Shown: in pieces, positions 1-12,305 of the stretch | Numbering within the stretch: the stretch's first letter is position 1 | Layout of the letters: every line of letters begins with the position of its first letter | Assembly (NCBI GenBank): GCA_963832165.1 | Contig: CAWHTE010000007.1 | Coordinates: forward strand, 768,001-832,000 | From: an uncultured delta proteobacterium | GTDB taxonomy: Bacteria; Myxococcota_A; UBA9160; SMWR01 | Length of the DNA: 64,000 nucleotides | Reading direction: 5' to 3' | Notes under the pieces: generated by a model | What the model saw: only the letters and a program-made list of their open reading frames with translations | Told to the model about the DNA's origin: nothing | Database searches by the model: none | Translations under genes and position numbers: made by a program

Positions 1-161
1 AGCTCGCGGCCGCGCGCTCGCCGCGGCCCGTGCCGAGCGCGGTTCGCGAGAGGCGGAAATAGGGGACATAGCTTCCGTAACGGGTGATACCGGACAACGC
101 GCTCTCCTGGGGATAGGGGGGCTGGCAGGCCCAGAGCACGCATTCTACCCGAGTTCTCGAC

Positions 162-484
162 TCACCCGCCCGCGACCGGACCGAGCAGATACAGCTCGTC
201 GCCGTCGCTGAGCTCGCGCTCGAGATTCTCCGCGACGGGCGTGCGCTGCCCGTTCCACATCAGCGTGTGGCGCAGGTGCGGGCTCGACTCGATCGCCTGC
301 GACAGGCGCAGTCCCGCGTGATCGGCTTGCGCGATCAACGCCGCGAGCGTGGCGCCGACGGGCAGCGAGAGCTTCCGGTCGACGTCACGCCATCCTTCGC
401 CGATCCGCCCCTTCATCACCACGCGCACGCGGATCGACGCGCCCGGCTGGCGCCGCAGCCAGGATCGCACCCATCCCGCCAGAC

Positions 485-488
<4 letters not shown>
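162..488 (-). CDS. MoaD/ThiS-family sulfur carrier protein
   Basis: C-terminal 108 aa of ORF 162..2366 (MSLAGW...[16 protein letters not shown]) ending in GG; its ATG overlaps the stop of the AOR gene (ATGA). Confidence 0.85.
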
Positions 489-2497
<2,009 letters not shown>

Positions 2498-2584
2498 GTG
2501 GGTTCCTCCCGCCGCGATTCTACGCCGCCGAACCCACGCCCGCTGTCGCCCGCGCGGACCTGGCTCGGTCGCGACGCACAAATG

Positions 2585-2614
2585 ACCAGGGCCCCCGCTT
2601 TCGGGGGCCCTGGT
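2585..2614 (-). terminator. Hairpin, likely intrinsic terminator of the OmpA-family gene
   Basis: Perfect 13-bp inverted repeat ACCAGGGCCCCCG-cttt-CGGGGGCCCTGGT just after the stop at 2639; weak U-tract. Confidence 0.7.
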
Positions 2615-2638
2615 GGTTCGACCGCCGAGTTCAGCCCG

Positions 2639-3349
2639 TCAATTGACGGGTTCGAGCTCGACGCGGCGATTCTCGGCGCGACCTTCCGGAGTCGAGTTGT
2701 CCGCGACCGGATTCGACTCACCGAGCCCGCGCGCCTCGATGCGGCCCGCGGAGATCCCGTGCGAGACCAGGTACTCGCGCACCGAGTCGGCCCGTCGCTG
2801 CGAGAGCTTCTGGTTGTACGCGTCCGACCCGTTCGAATCCGTATAGGCGCTGAGGCGCACCTGCTTGTCCTCACAGCGTTGCAGCGCGACGACGGTCTCG
2901 TCGAGCGACGCGGCGGCCTGCGGTTTGATGTCGGACTTGTCGTTGTCGAAGTTGACGTTCTCGAGTCGCACGAGACCGGCGCAGGGATCCGGTTTCGCCG
3001 GCGCGGGCGGCGGTGTCGGGGCTGCCCTCGGTGCGGGAGGCGGAGGCGCGGGCCGCGGCTCGGGCTTCGGCTCGTCCTCCTCCATCAGACTGCAGACGAG
3101 ATAACCGAGGGCAGCGGTGCCGACGGCGGTGCCTGCGGCGATGGCGACCCCTTCCAGCTGGTTCTCGCTGCGGTCGTCGTGGTCATCGGAGTAGTAGGCG
3201 CCGCCAATACCGCCTCCTACGGCGCCGAGGCCGCCGCCGATCAGCGCGCAGACGCCGGGGCTAGGCGGGCCTCCGTTCGTCGCGCAGCCAACCAGCAAGG
3301 CCGCCATCATCAGTGCAAGGCCAGTCCGGAAGAGGGGGTAGTAACGCAT
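2639..3349 (-). CDS. OmpA-family lipoprotein with glycine zipper
   Basis: Lipobox LVGC, Gly-zipper, Pro-rich linker, OmpA C-domain (VNFDNDKS, YTDSNGS, NQKLSQRRA, NRRVEL); AAGGAG RBS. Confidence 0.92.
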   Translation of the reverse strand: MRYYPLFRTGLALMMAALLVGCATNGGPPSPGVCALIGGGLGAVGGGIGGAYYSDDHDDRSENQLEGVAIAAGTAVGTAALGYLVCSLMEEDEPKPEPRPAPPPPAPRAAPTPPPAPAKPDPCAGLVRLENVNFDNDKSDIKPQAAASLDETVVALQRCEDKQVRLSAYTDSNGSDAYNQKLSQRRADSVREYLVSHGISAGRIEARGLGESNPVADNSTPEGRAENRRVELEPVN

Positions 3350-3647
3350 CCGTACTCCTTCGTGTGGTTTTGTCTCCAAGTGCGATGCGGAGAGCACGCA
3401 GCACACCATCCCTGAGCAGCAGCCGGCTACTCCGAGAACTAACATCCATTTGCAAGCCGCAGCGCGTGGTATGTCACTGTAGGGGCTTTGGGATCGTATC
3501 ACGACGATGCCGCGCGGCGTTGATCTTATGCTCGTGGAACTCATGCTCGTGGCGTAACGTGTCAATCTCCCCCCGATCCCGACCCGACTCGGAGTGAGCG
3601 GTAACGAGAGGTAGGATGCGCACGACCCGAGGCGAAAGGAACGCGCA

Positions 3648-4769
3648 ATGCAGTTCTCGATGATCTTCGAAGCGCAGACCCACGACACCTCGCACGGGGG
3701 CGAGTTCCGCGTGATGCACGACTGCGTCGAGCAGGCCGTGCTCGCCGAACGGGTCGGTTTCGACCGCGTGTGGTCGGTCGAGCACCACTGCTTGAAGTGG
3801 TATGCGCACATGAGCGCGCCGGAGACCTTCCTCGCCTTCGTCGCGGCGAAGACCGAGAGGATCCGGATCGGCCACGGCGTCGTGTGCTTGCCGTTCCGGA
3901 TGAATCACCCGGTGAAGGTCGCCGAGCGCATCGCGATGCTCGACATCCTCTCGAAAGGGCGCGTCGACTTCGGCATCGGCAAGGGCGGAACCTATCAGGA
4001 GTCGGGCGCATTCCAGACCCAGATGGACGAGATCCCCGCGCAGCTCGAGGAGAGCGCGCGGATGATCCCGCGCATGTGGCGCGAGGAGGTGTTCTCGCAC
4101 CAGAGCGCGCTGATCGACATTCCTCCGCGGCCGATCATTCCGAAGCCGTACCAACAGCCGCACCCTCCGATGTACCTCGCGTGCTCACGCGAGACCACGT
4201 TGAACGAGGCCGGCGAATGGGGGCTCGGCGCGCTCGTGCTCGGCTTCGCGGGGCCCGAGGACATCGAGCAGAAGAACCGCGTCTACCGCGCGGCAGTGAA
4301 GCGGCGCACGCGCGCGTCGCAGATCCCCGAGCAGCCCGTCGAGCACCTCTCCGCGCTGTGTCCCGCCATCGTGCTCGACGACGGAGCGAAGGCGCGCGCG
4401 ATCGGCCACCGCGGCCAGCGCTTCTTCACCGAGGCGATCCGGCATTGGTACAACCCGGGTCCGGACTCGCCGCCGCCGCGCATCGAGATCGCCGACATGA
4501 GCGACGAGGACGCACTGCGACTCGCCGGTGAGCACCTCGTCGCCTATCTCCACGAGCAGAAGATCGAGCTGGGCACCGAGGCGACGGGACTGTTCAACCC
4601 GAACCACGCCTACGGGACGGCCGACGACGCCACGCGCTATGTCGCTCGGCTCGTCGAAGCGGGCGCCGACGAGGTGATGTTCCTGATCCAGATGGGCACG
4701 GTGCCGCAGGAAGCGGCGCTCGAGACGATCCGCCAGCTCGGCGAGAAGGTGATTCCCCGGTTCCGCTAG
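3648..4769 (+). CDS. LLM-class flavin-dependent oxidoreductase
   Basis: AERVGFDRVWSVEHH, HPVKVAERIAMLDILSKGRVDFGIGKG, PKPYQQPHPP. Confidence 0.92.
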   Translation: MQFSMIFEAQTHDTSHGGEFRVMHDCVEQAVLAERVGFDRVWSVEHHCLKWYAHMSAPETFLAFVAAKTERIRIGHGVVCLPFRMNHPVKVAERIAMLDILSKGRVDFGIGKGGTYQESGAFQTQMDEIPAQLEESARMIPRMWREEVFSHQSALIDIPPRPIIPKPYQQPHPPMYLACSRETTLNEAGEWGLGALVLGFAGPEDIEQKNRVYRAAVKRRTRASQIPEQPVEHLSALCPAIVLDDGAKARAIGHRGQRFFTEAIRHWYNPGPDSPPPRIEIADMSDEDALRLAGEHLVAYLHEQKIELGTEATGLFNPNHAYGTADDATRYVARLVEAGADEVMFLIQMGTVPQEAALETIRQLGEKVIPRFR

Positions 4770-4836
4770 GCGACGCAGCCGATCAGCCCCGCGTGGACTG
4801 TGATAGGGTGCCCGGGCGGTGGGTTGGGCAGGGCGA

Positions 4837-6612
4837 ATGCGCAGGCTCCAGTTCGGCCACCCGCTCGCGCTCGTCCTCGCCGGTCTCGCGGGTGTCGCCT
4901 GCCTGCTAGGCGGATCGGTCGCCCGCTCGCAAGACGTCCGCCCGGGTGACGAACGACTCCCGCTTCCCGAGCTGGAGAGCGAGTCGGGCGCCTACCGCCC
5001 GGAGCCGGTGCTTCCCCACGTCCCCTCGTTCGAGCCTCCCACGGCGGAGCGCGGCGGCGCGCTGCCACCGCTGATCCTGCCGGACGACCGCGGTGGGGCG
5101 CTCCAGGCCGGCGAGCGAGTACTCGTTCGCGAAGTGCGGATCCGTGGCAACACACTGCTCGCGGATCCCGCGCTAGGCGCGATCGCGAAGCCGTACGAGG
5201 GCCGCGAGCTCGACTACGCGGACGTGCTGGCGCTGCGCGACGAGCTCACGCTCGCGTACGTGCGCGCGGGGTACGTCACCTCGGGCGCGGTCGTTCCGGC
5301 CCAGGACTGGGCGGATGGCGTGCTCGAGATCGAGATCGTCGAAGGGCGGCTCACCGGGATCGAGATCGAGACGGACGGACGTCTGCGTCCGAGCTATCTC
5401 GAGCGCCGGATCGATCCGGGGAGCGACGCGCCGCTCGACGTCGACGAACTTCGCGATCGGCTTCAGGTCCTGCAGCAGGACGATCGCATCCGCTCGGTGC
5501 GCGCCGAGCTGCTGCCCACCGCTCGCCAGGGCGAGGCGGTCCTGCGGGTGGCCGTCGCCGAGGCGAGGCCGTGGCGCGCCGAGCTCGGCGCGAGCAACTA
5601 CCTCAATCCTGCGCTCGGCGACGCCCAGGGCGAGGTGTTGCTCGCGCACGGCAACGTGACCGGATTCGGCGACGTCGCGAGCGTGGAGTACGAGGGCAGC
5701 GAGGGGATGCACGACCTGCGTCCGGAGTACTTCGTTCCGTTCACGCGCTGGGACACTCGCCTCGGGCTCGCGATGCGCCGCACCTGGGGCCGCATCGTCG
5801 AAGATCCGTTCGACGAGCTCGACATCGAGAGCGAGACGCAGACCTATGGCATCTCGCTGCACCAGCCGCTGCACCACTCCCCGAGCTCGCGGCTGGAGGC
5901 GTTCGCGCGCGGCGAATACCGCCGCGGTGAATCCTTTCTGTTCGGCGATCGATTCTCGTTCGTCGTGGGTCCCGACGAGGGTGTCTCCGAGCTCGCCGTG
6001 ATGCGCGGAGGTCTCGAATGGATCTACCGCAGCTCCGAGCAGGTCTGGGCGGCGCGGGGACAGATCTCGGGTGGGCTGGACGCGCTCGGAGCCACCCGAC
6101 ACCGCGGAACGACGACGCCGGACGGACAGTTCGTTGCCGGCCTCGTGCAGCTCCAGTGGGCGCGCCGACTGCCGCTCTGGAAGCTGTCCCTGATCGCACG
6201 CGGCGACGTGCAGCTGGCCGATCGGCCGCTGCTCGGCCTCGAGCAGTTCTCGATCGGCGGGCGGGACTCCGTGCGCGGCTATCGCGAGAACGAAGTCGTG
6301 CGCGACAGTGGCGCAGTCGGCTCCGTCGAGCTCCGCGTCCCGATTCCAGTCCCGAACCTCGGCCGCTGGCCCGTGGCATTCGAGCTCGCGCCGTTCTTCG
6401 ACGCCGGCTACGGCTGGAACGAGAGCCGCGGCGCGTTCCCGAAGGGCGAGAACGAGACCTTGCTATCGGCCGGAATCGGCGCACGGATGGCCGTCGCTTC
6501 ACACCTCGCCTTCGAGGTCTACTGGGGTGGGGCGATCGAGGACACCGACCCGATCGGCGAGACGAGTCTTCAGGACCGCGGGGTGCATCTCGGCCTGCGC
6601 TGCGTCTACTGA
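4837..6612 (+). CDS. ShlB/FhaC/HecB-family TpsB secretion/activation outer-membrane protein
   Basis: Signal peptide, POTRA (YVRAGYVTSGA...GVLEIEIVEG), EQFSIGGRDSVRGYREN motif, beta-barrel ending in an aromatic residue. Confidence 0.92.
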   Translation: MRRLQFGHPLALVLAGLAGVACLLGGSVARSQDVRPGDERLPLPELESESGAYRPEPVLPHVPSFEPPTAERGGALPPLILPDDRGGALQAGERVLVREVRIRGNTLLADPALGAIAKPYEGRELDYADVLALRDELTLAYVRAGYVTSGAVVPAQDWADGVLEIEIVEGRLTGIEIETDGRLRPSYLERRIDPGSDAPLDVDELRDRLQVLQQDDRIRSVRAELLPTARQGEAVLRVAVAEARPWRAELGASNYLNPALGDAQGEVLLAHGNVTGFGDVASVEYEGSEGMHDLRPEYFVPFTRWDTRLGLAMRRTWGRIVEDPFDELDIESETQTYGISLHQPLHHSPSSRLEAFARGEYRRGESFLFGDRFSFVVGPDEGVSELAVMRGGLEWIYRSSEQVWAARGQISGGLDALGATRHRGTTTPDGQFVAGLVQLQWARRLPLWKLSLIARGDVQLADRPLLGLEQFSIGGRDSVRGYRENEVVRDSGAVGSVELRVPIPVPNLGRWPVAFELAPFFDAGYGWNESRGAFPKGENETLLSAGIGARMAVASHLAFEVYWGGAIEDTDPIGETSLQDRGVHLGLRCVY

Positions 6613-6639
6613 ATTTCGCGATTCAATCGCGTCCGCAGC

Positions 6640-6655
6640 TGTGAAACACTTCACT
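6640..6655. promoter_or_regulatory. CRP/FNR-like site
   Basis: TGTGA-aacact-TCACT (9/10 match to TGTGA-N6-TCACA) in the intergenic gap before 6709. Confidence 0.35.
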
Positions 6656-6708
6656 GCGCGCGCGGCCGGGACGGTGCCACGATCGCATGGGGGGCGCGGA
6701 GGCGATCC

Positions 6709-8053
6709 ATGAGGCAGGCGAAGATCGGATCGATCGCGGCGGCGTTGATGGTCGCGGGTGCACTCGGACTCGCGAGCGCGGCGCGGGCGACGCTGGTCGA
6801 GGTAGGTGAGGTCGGCGACGCGAGCTTCAGCGCCACGGACGTGAACGGCTACTTCGACGAGGTCTCGAACTCCGAGATATTCAACTCGACGACCGTGGCC
6901 CATGCGTCGGTGTCCAGCAACAACGACGCCACGACCGACGTGGACTGGTACTCCTTCACCGGCGTCGCGGGAGCCACGGTATTCCTCGACGTCGATTGTG
7001 GCGGGAGCTGCGGACTGACCAGCTTCGACGCCACCCTTTCCCTGTTCGACCCCAACGCGACGCTGATCGCGTGGGGCGACGACAGCGCGGAAGATCCGGG
7101 GACGTCGAGCGACCTCGACTCCTTCGTCGGCGCGATCATCCTGCCGAGCACGGGGACGTACCACGTCGCCGTGTCGAACTATCCGCGCAACCCCTCCGGG
7201 ATCGGAGGAGTCTGCAGCCTTCCCTCCACACTGACCCGACCCGATGGAAGTACGACCGGCGGTTATGCGACGAGCGGCTGTACGCCGGGGGACGACACGT
7301 TCAGCCGGGACCGGTAGCTACAGCACGGGCGACTACACCCTCCACATCAGCAACTCCCAGCCCTTTCAACCGAGTGCGGGCCCGAATGCGGGAGATCAGC
7401 TCAGCGACGTGCCGAAATACCGCTGGCTGGATCTCGCCCAGACGACACAGTTCTCCCCGGAGCAGGTTGCTCCCGCCGACTACCTGAACGGTCCCGGGTC
7501 TTGTGAGATGGTGGTTCCCGACCAGACCACCTGCTTCGCCCTCGGGTTTCTGCGCGGCTGCAAGCTCATCGGCTACGACTTCCAGACGCCTCCACCGAGC
7601 GCGCCCGCGGACGGTTTCGAGTGCTGCGGATGGCAGGCGAAGTGCGAGCTGACCTGCCTGGCCAATTCGTGCACGGGGGGTGAGATCTGTCCCGACGCGT
7701 GCCCGAACGGAGATCCTCCTCCGTCGAGCTCGAGCTATTGCTGGAATTCGAATCTCTCCGACTGCGCGGCTCAGGGCAACCAGGCCGCTTGCAATGCGGA
7801 GGAGCTGCGCCTGCGTGGGCAAGGCCCGCTGCCTCAGGTGAACCCACCGGTACCCGACTGCTGCTTCCTGGGCCGCGGGGTCGAGATCGCGAAGTGGGGA
7901 AGCCGCGAGAACGAGACTCCGATCTTCTCGCCCGGAGAGGTGTACCCCGACCAGTGTCTGCCCGAGCCGAGCGGCCTGCTCGGGCTCGGGGCGGGTGCGA
8001 TCGTGCTCGGGTCGCTCGCGCGTCGGCGCTCGAGGAGCCGAAACGCGCAGTGA
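6709..8053 (+). CDS. Secreted PEP-CTERM protein: PPC/DVUA0089-like domain plus Cys-rich domain (one frameshift near 7305)
   Basis: ORF 6709..7317 (signal peptide, DVDWYSF, FDATLSLFD...GDDS, TGTYHVAVS) joins ORF 7244..8053 (GDYTLHIS... LPEP-TM-RRR). Confidence 0.78.
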
Positions 8054-9797
8054 GGAACCGGGGTCGGTTCGTCTCCGGTGCGCTCTGCGCCGCGCTGCTG
8101 CTCTCCGTTCCACCTAGCGCTGCGCAGATCGCCACCGACGACACGCTCGCGCCCGCCCAGGTGTTCAGCGGGCCCGATTTCGTGATCCCATCGGACGCGG
8201 GCGTCGCTTCGGGAAGCCTGCTCTCGTTCAGCTTCGACGAGTTCGGCGTGCCCACGGGCGGCTCCGCGACGTTCGTGCCGAGCGCCGGATTCCCGGCGCC
8301 GACCTGGTCGTGAGCCGCGTAACGGGTGGGCAGCCGTCGCAGATCCTAGGCGCGCTGCGCTCCGAGCTCGGCGAGAGCGACTTCTACTTCTTGAATCCGT
8401 CGGGCGTGTTCTTCGGCCCCGACTCCAGCGTCGACGTCGGGGGCTCGTTCCATCTCACCACCGCCGACGAGGTTCGCGACGGAGCGGGTGGCACGTTCTC
8501 GGCCCGCACTCCGACGAACGAGGTCCTGATTGCGAGGCCGGAGGCATTCGGTTTCCTGTCCTCCGCGCCCGCGGCGATCCGGATCGAGGGATCGATCGAC
8601 CTGGAGCGCGGTGCGACGCTCGACCTGATCGGTGGTGACCTCGAGCTCTCTGGTGCGTTCGTGGGATCGCCCGGTGGCCAGGTACGCTTCGCCTCGATCG
8701 CCGGCAATGGGAACGTCGTCGATCCTGGCGCCGAAGCGTGAGCTGCTCCCCGGCTGGCGATTGCGCTCGGCGCGATCGCGCTCCTGGACGGATCGACCGT
8801 CAGCGTGTCGGGTCTCGAGCCGGCACCCGGCGTGCCGCCCGTGACCACGGGCCGTTCGATTGACCTGTTGAACGGCGGGCTTGCCTCCATCGTTCCGGGT
8901 GCTCAAGTCCGAGCAGAAGATGTGGTGATCGGGCAGAACGCGACCGGTTCCCTGGTGGCGATCTTGAACGGGTACGCGACGGGCGATTTTTCCGCGATCG
9001 GAGGTGCGCTCCTGATTCGCGACTCCGATATCCGCGCGCGCTCGTTCGGCTCCGATGGAGGCAGCATTCGAGTGGACGCCGGCGATCCGTGTCGCTCGTG
9101 AGGGAGGCCTCATCCACGGATGTCGGCTTGCTCGCGCGCGGCGAGTCGGTCGAGATCTCTACGACGGGTGGCGCTGTCGCCGGTCGTGGTCGTGACACCC
9201 GGGACCTACACCGTCCCGGGCGCGGGACGGCGCGCTCGCCATCCGCACTGGAGACCTCCTCCTTTCGGGCGGCGCACTGATCAGCGCGACTTCACTCTCG
9301 GCTGCGCGAGGGCGGCGACATCGCGGTGACCGCCGCGCGCTCTGTCGTGCTGCGCGGAACCGATACGGCGATCTTCTCGAACGCGCAGGGCACCGGCGAC
9401 GCGGGCGACATCACGGTGAACGCCCAGACCCTGCGCCTCGAGGACGGCGCGGCGATCATCGCGCAGACCCAGACCAACGGAAACGCGGGCGACATCTCCG
9501 TCGCCGTCGCGCGGCTCGAGGTCCTCGGCACGTCGCAGATCGACAGCAGCACCGGACCACTGACGGCGTCGGAGCCCGACACCGTCGGAAACGGGGGCGA
9601 TGTCGAGGTTCGTGCGAGCGACTCGATCCTGATCTCCGGACGCGCCAACGACCAGGAATTCGCGCGCATCAGCACCTTCTCAGGAGAGCGCACGAGCGGC
9701 AGCGCGGGAACGATCGACGTCCACACGCCGCTGCTCGCAGATCACCGACGGCGGCGGGATCGCCGCGACCACCCGCGGCGCCGGCGCCGGCGGCGAC
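8050..9797 (+). CDS. Filamentous hemagglutinin-like TpsA protein, N-terminal part (several frameshifts; continues into 9798..12305)
   Basis: GTG overlaps the upstream stop; signal peptide, SFDEF, SRVTGG..S.I.G, FLNPSGVFFG secretion domain, then G.AGDI.V beta-helix repeats spread over ORFs 8310, 8805, 9089 and 9326. Confidence 0.8.
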
Positions 9798-12305
9798 GTG
9801 CGGCTCGACGTCGGCGATCTGCGGCTCTCGAACGGCGGCAGCCTCGCCGTGAACAGCACGGGCACGAGCGCCGCGCTCGGCGGCGCGAGCCCCGGCGCCG
9901 CGGGCTCGATCGCGATCGGAGCGCCAGGCGGCGAGTATGCGACGCGCGAGGTGTGGCTCTCCGGCTCCGAGATCACGGCTTTTGCGCGCGAGGGACCTGC
10001 TCCGGCCGAGACGCGCGAGGGGAACATCGCGATCGCCGCCGCCGACCTGATCACGTTGCGCGACGGAAGCCGCGTGACGGCGAGCGTGGACGAAGGGCTC
10101 GGCGGGAACATCTCGGCCGCGGCGGAGCTGCTCGTCCTCGAAGGGGGCAGCACGATTCTCGCCGAAACACAGAACGGCACAGGAGGCGCGATCACGCTCG
10201 CCACCGAGCAGGTCATCCCACAGCTGGCGGAGGTCGGAGGCTCGGCGCTCGAATCCGCCGATTTCGTTCCGGGTGTCTCCGGTGGCCGGATCTCGGCAGA
10301 CGCCGGAACGGGCACGGGCGGCACGATCACCACGACCTCGCCCGAGAACAACGTCGAGAGTCAGGTGTCGACCCTCGATACCTCGTTTCTCGACGCGTCG
10401 TCTCGGTTGCAGCGTGCGTGTGCGGCGCGCGCGTCCGGAGATGCGGGGAGCTTCCGCGTGTCGCGACAGCCCGAGAGCCCTTCCTCGGCGAAAGATGTCT
10501 TCGGGTTCGACGACATGGCTCCGCTCGCGCAGCCCGGCGATCACGACGCGATCCTGCTGGCCAATCGCGCGCGCGCCGCGCTGGAGGCCGGCGAGCGCGA
10601 GCAGGCCGCGGCGCTGCTCGAGCGCGCCGCGGCGAAGCTCGAGTCGATCGCCGATCGCACCGAGGTGCCGCTCGCGATCCATCTCGCGAAGACGTACGAG
10701 CTGCTCGCGAAGAACGCATCCGAGGCGCGGCAGCACGACGCCAGCCTGCGGGTCGCGTTCTCGTTGCTCATGCGCGCGCGCGAGCGGGCGCAAGGGGTGC
10801 CGCGCCTGCAGTCGTTCGCGCTGGGCAATCTCGGCGCGCTCTATGAAGCCGACGGACGCGCGCGCGAAGCGCTGTACCTCACCCGCCGTGCGCTCGAGAG
10901 TGCGGACGCCGCGGGCGCGCCCGATCCGCTCTACCGCTGGCACTGGCAGGAGGGACGGCTCTTGTGGGCGCAGGGGCGATCGGATGCGGCGCTGCGGTCG
11001 TACCGGCGCGCGGTCGAGATCATCGAATCGATGCGCAACGAGAGCCAGCGGGCGCGCAGCGCGGCGGCGCTGCGCTTCCGACGAGCCGTCGCGCCGATCT
11101 ACCTCGACTACGTCGACGCGCTGCTCACGAGCTCCGACCGCGTCGAGGCCGCGGGTTCCCGGCAGCAGCTGCTCGTCGAGGCGCGCGCCGTGATGGAGCA
11201 GTACAGGGCGGCGGAGCTGCGCGACTACTTCCGCGACGAGTGCGTCGCGGACATCGAGGCGCGCACGGTCGATCTCGACGGCGTGCTGCGCCGCCACGCG
11301 CCGACCGCGGCGATCGTGTATCCGATCGCGCTGAAAGATCGATTGGAGCTGCTCGTGAGCCTGCCGCACGGGCTCGAACGCCGACGCGTACCGGTGTCGC
11401 GCGAGCGACTCGCAGCGACCGTGGCGGAGTTCCGTGAGGGGGTGCGCAGCCCCGTGCGGCGCACCCACCTGGCGCCCGCGCAGAGGCTCCATTCGTGGCT
11501 CGTGGCGCCCTACGCCGAAGAACTGGCCGCACAGGGCGTGGACACGCTCGTCTTCGTGCCCGACGCGGCGCTGCGCACGGTTCCGATGGCGGCGCTCCAC
11601 GACGGCAGTCGCTACCTCCTGCAGCGCTTCGCGGTCGCCGTGACACCGGGATTCTCGCTGATCGATCCGCAGCGACTAGCACCCGAACAGGAGAAGTTCC
11701 TGCTGGCCGGGTTGTCGCAGGGTGGCGAAGTGAGAGGACGGCACTTCGATCCCCTGCCCAAGGTGAGCGAGGAGATCGCCGCGATCCATTCGCTCTTCGG
11801 CGGGGAGGTGATGCTGGACGCCGGGTTCGAGGCGGCGCGTTTCGAGCAGGCGCTCGTGGAGCGCGAGCCGACCGTCGTGCACGTGGCGTCGCACGCGGTC
11901 TTCTCGGGGGATCCGGATGCGAGCTTCCTCGTAGCCCACGACGGCCCGATCACGCTCGACCGGCTCGGGGTGGTGGTGTCGCCGCGCAAGTACACCGAGG
12001 CGCCGCTCGAGCTGCTCGTGCTGTCGGCCTGCGAGACGGCCAGCGGCGACGAGCAGGCGGCGCTCGGGCTCGCCGGAGTGGCGGTGCGCGCGGGGGCGCG
12101 GTCGGCGGTCGGAAGCCTCTGGGCGATTCCGGACGAGGCGGCCTATCAGGTCGTGACGCGCTTCTACACCGCGTTGCGCGACGACAAGCTCTCCAAAGCC
12201 CAGGCGCTGCGCCGCGCGGAGCTCGCGCTGCTCGAGGGCGAGCACCGCGCCTATCGGCACCCCTACTACTGGTCCACCTATCAGCTGATCAGCGACTGGC
12301 TGTAG
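9798..12305 (+). CDS. End of FHA repeats fused in frame to TPR + CHAT (caspase/HetF) protease domain
   Basis: GGNISA/GGAITL/GGTITT repeats, then TPR-like helices, LVFVPD..L..VPMAALHDG, HVASHA (His), LSACETASGD (Cys), GSLW, HPYYWS. Confidence 0.88.
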   Translation: MRLDVGDLRLSNGGSLAVNSTGTSAALGGASPGAAGSIAIGAPGGEYATREVWLSGSEITAFAREGPAPAETREGNIAIAAADLITLRDGSRVTASVDEGLGGNISAAAELLVLEGGSTILAETQNGTGGAITLATEQVIPQLAEVGGSALESADFVPGVSGGRISADAGTGTGGTITTTSPENNVESQVSTLDTSFLDASSRLQRACAARASGDAGSFRVSRQPESPSSAKDVFGFDDMAPLAQPGDHDAILLANRARAALEAGEREQAAALLERAAAKLESIADRTEVPLAIHLAKTYELLAKNASEARQHDASLRVAFSLLMRARERAQGVPRLQSFALGNLGALYEADGRAREALYLTRRALESADAAGAPDPLYRWHWQEGRLLWAQGRSDAALRSYRRAVEIIESMRNESQRARSAAALRFRRAVAPIYLDYVDALLTSSDRVEAAGSRQQLLVEARAVMEQYRAAELRDYFRDECVADIEARTVDLDGVLRRHAPTAAIVYPIALKDRLELLVSLPHGLERRRVPVSRERLAATVAEFREGVRSPVRRTHLAPAQRLHSWLVAPYAEELAAQGVDTLVFVPDAALRTVPMAALHDGSRYLLQRFAVAVTPGFSLIDPQRLAPEQEKFLLAGLSQGGEVRGRHFDPLPKVSEEIAAIHSLFGGEVMLDAGFEAARFEQALVEREPTVVHVASHAVFSGDPDASFLVAHDGPITLDRLGVVVSPRKYTEAPLELLVLSACETASGDEQAALGLAGVAVRAGARSAVGSLWAIPDEAAYQVVTRFYTALRDDKLSKAQALRRAELALLEGEHRAYRHPYYWSTYQLISDWL

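Noticed and set aside
1..160. RNA gene or partial CDS at the window start
   Set aside because: No tRNA or rRNA features; a minus-strand ATG at 69 gives only 23 uninformative codons
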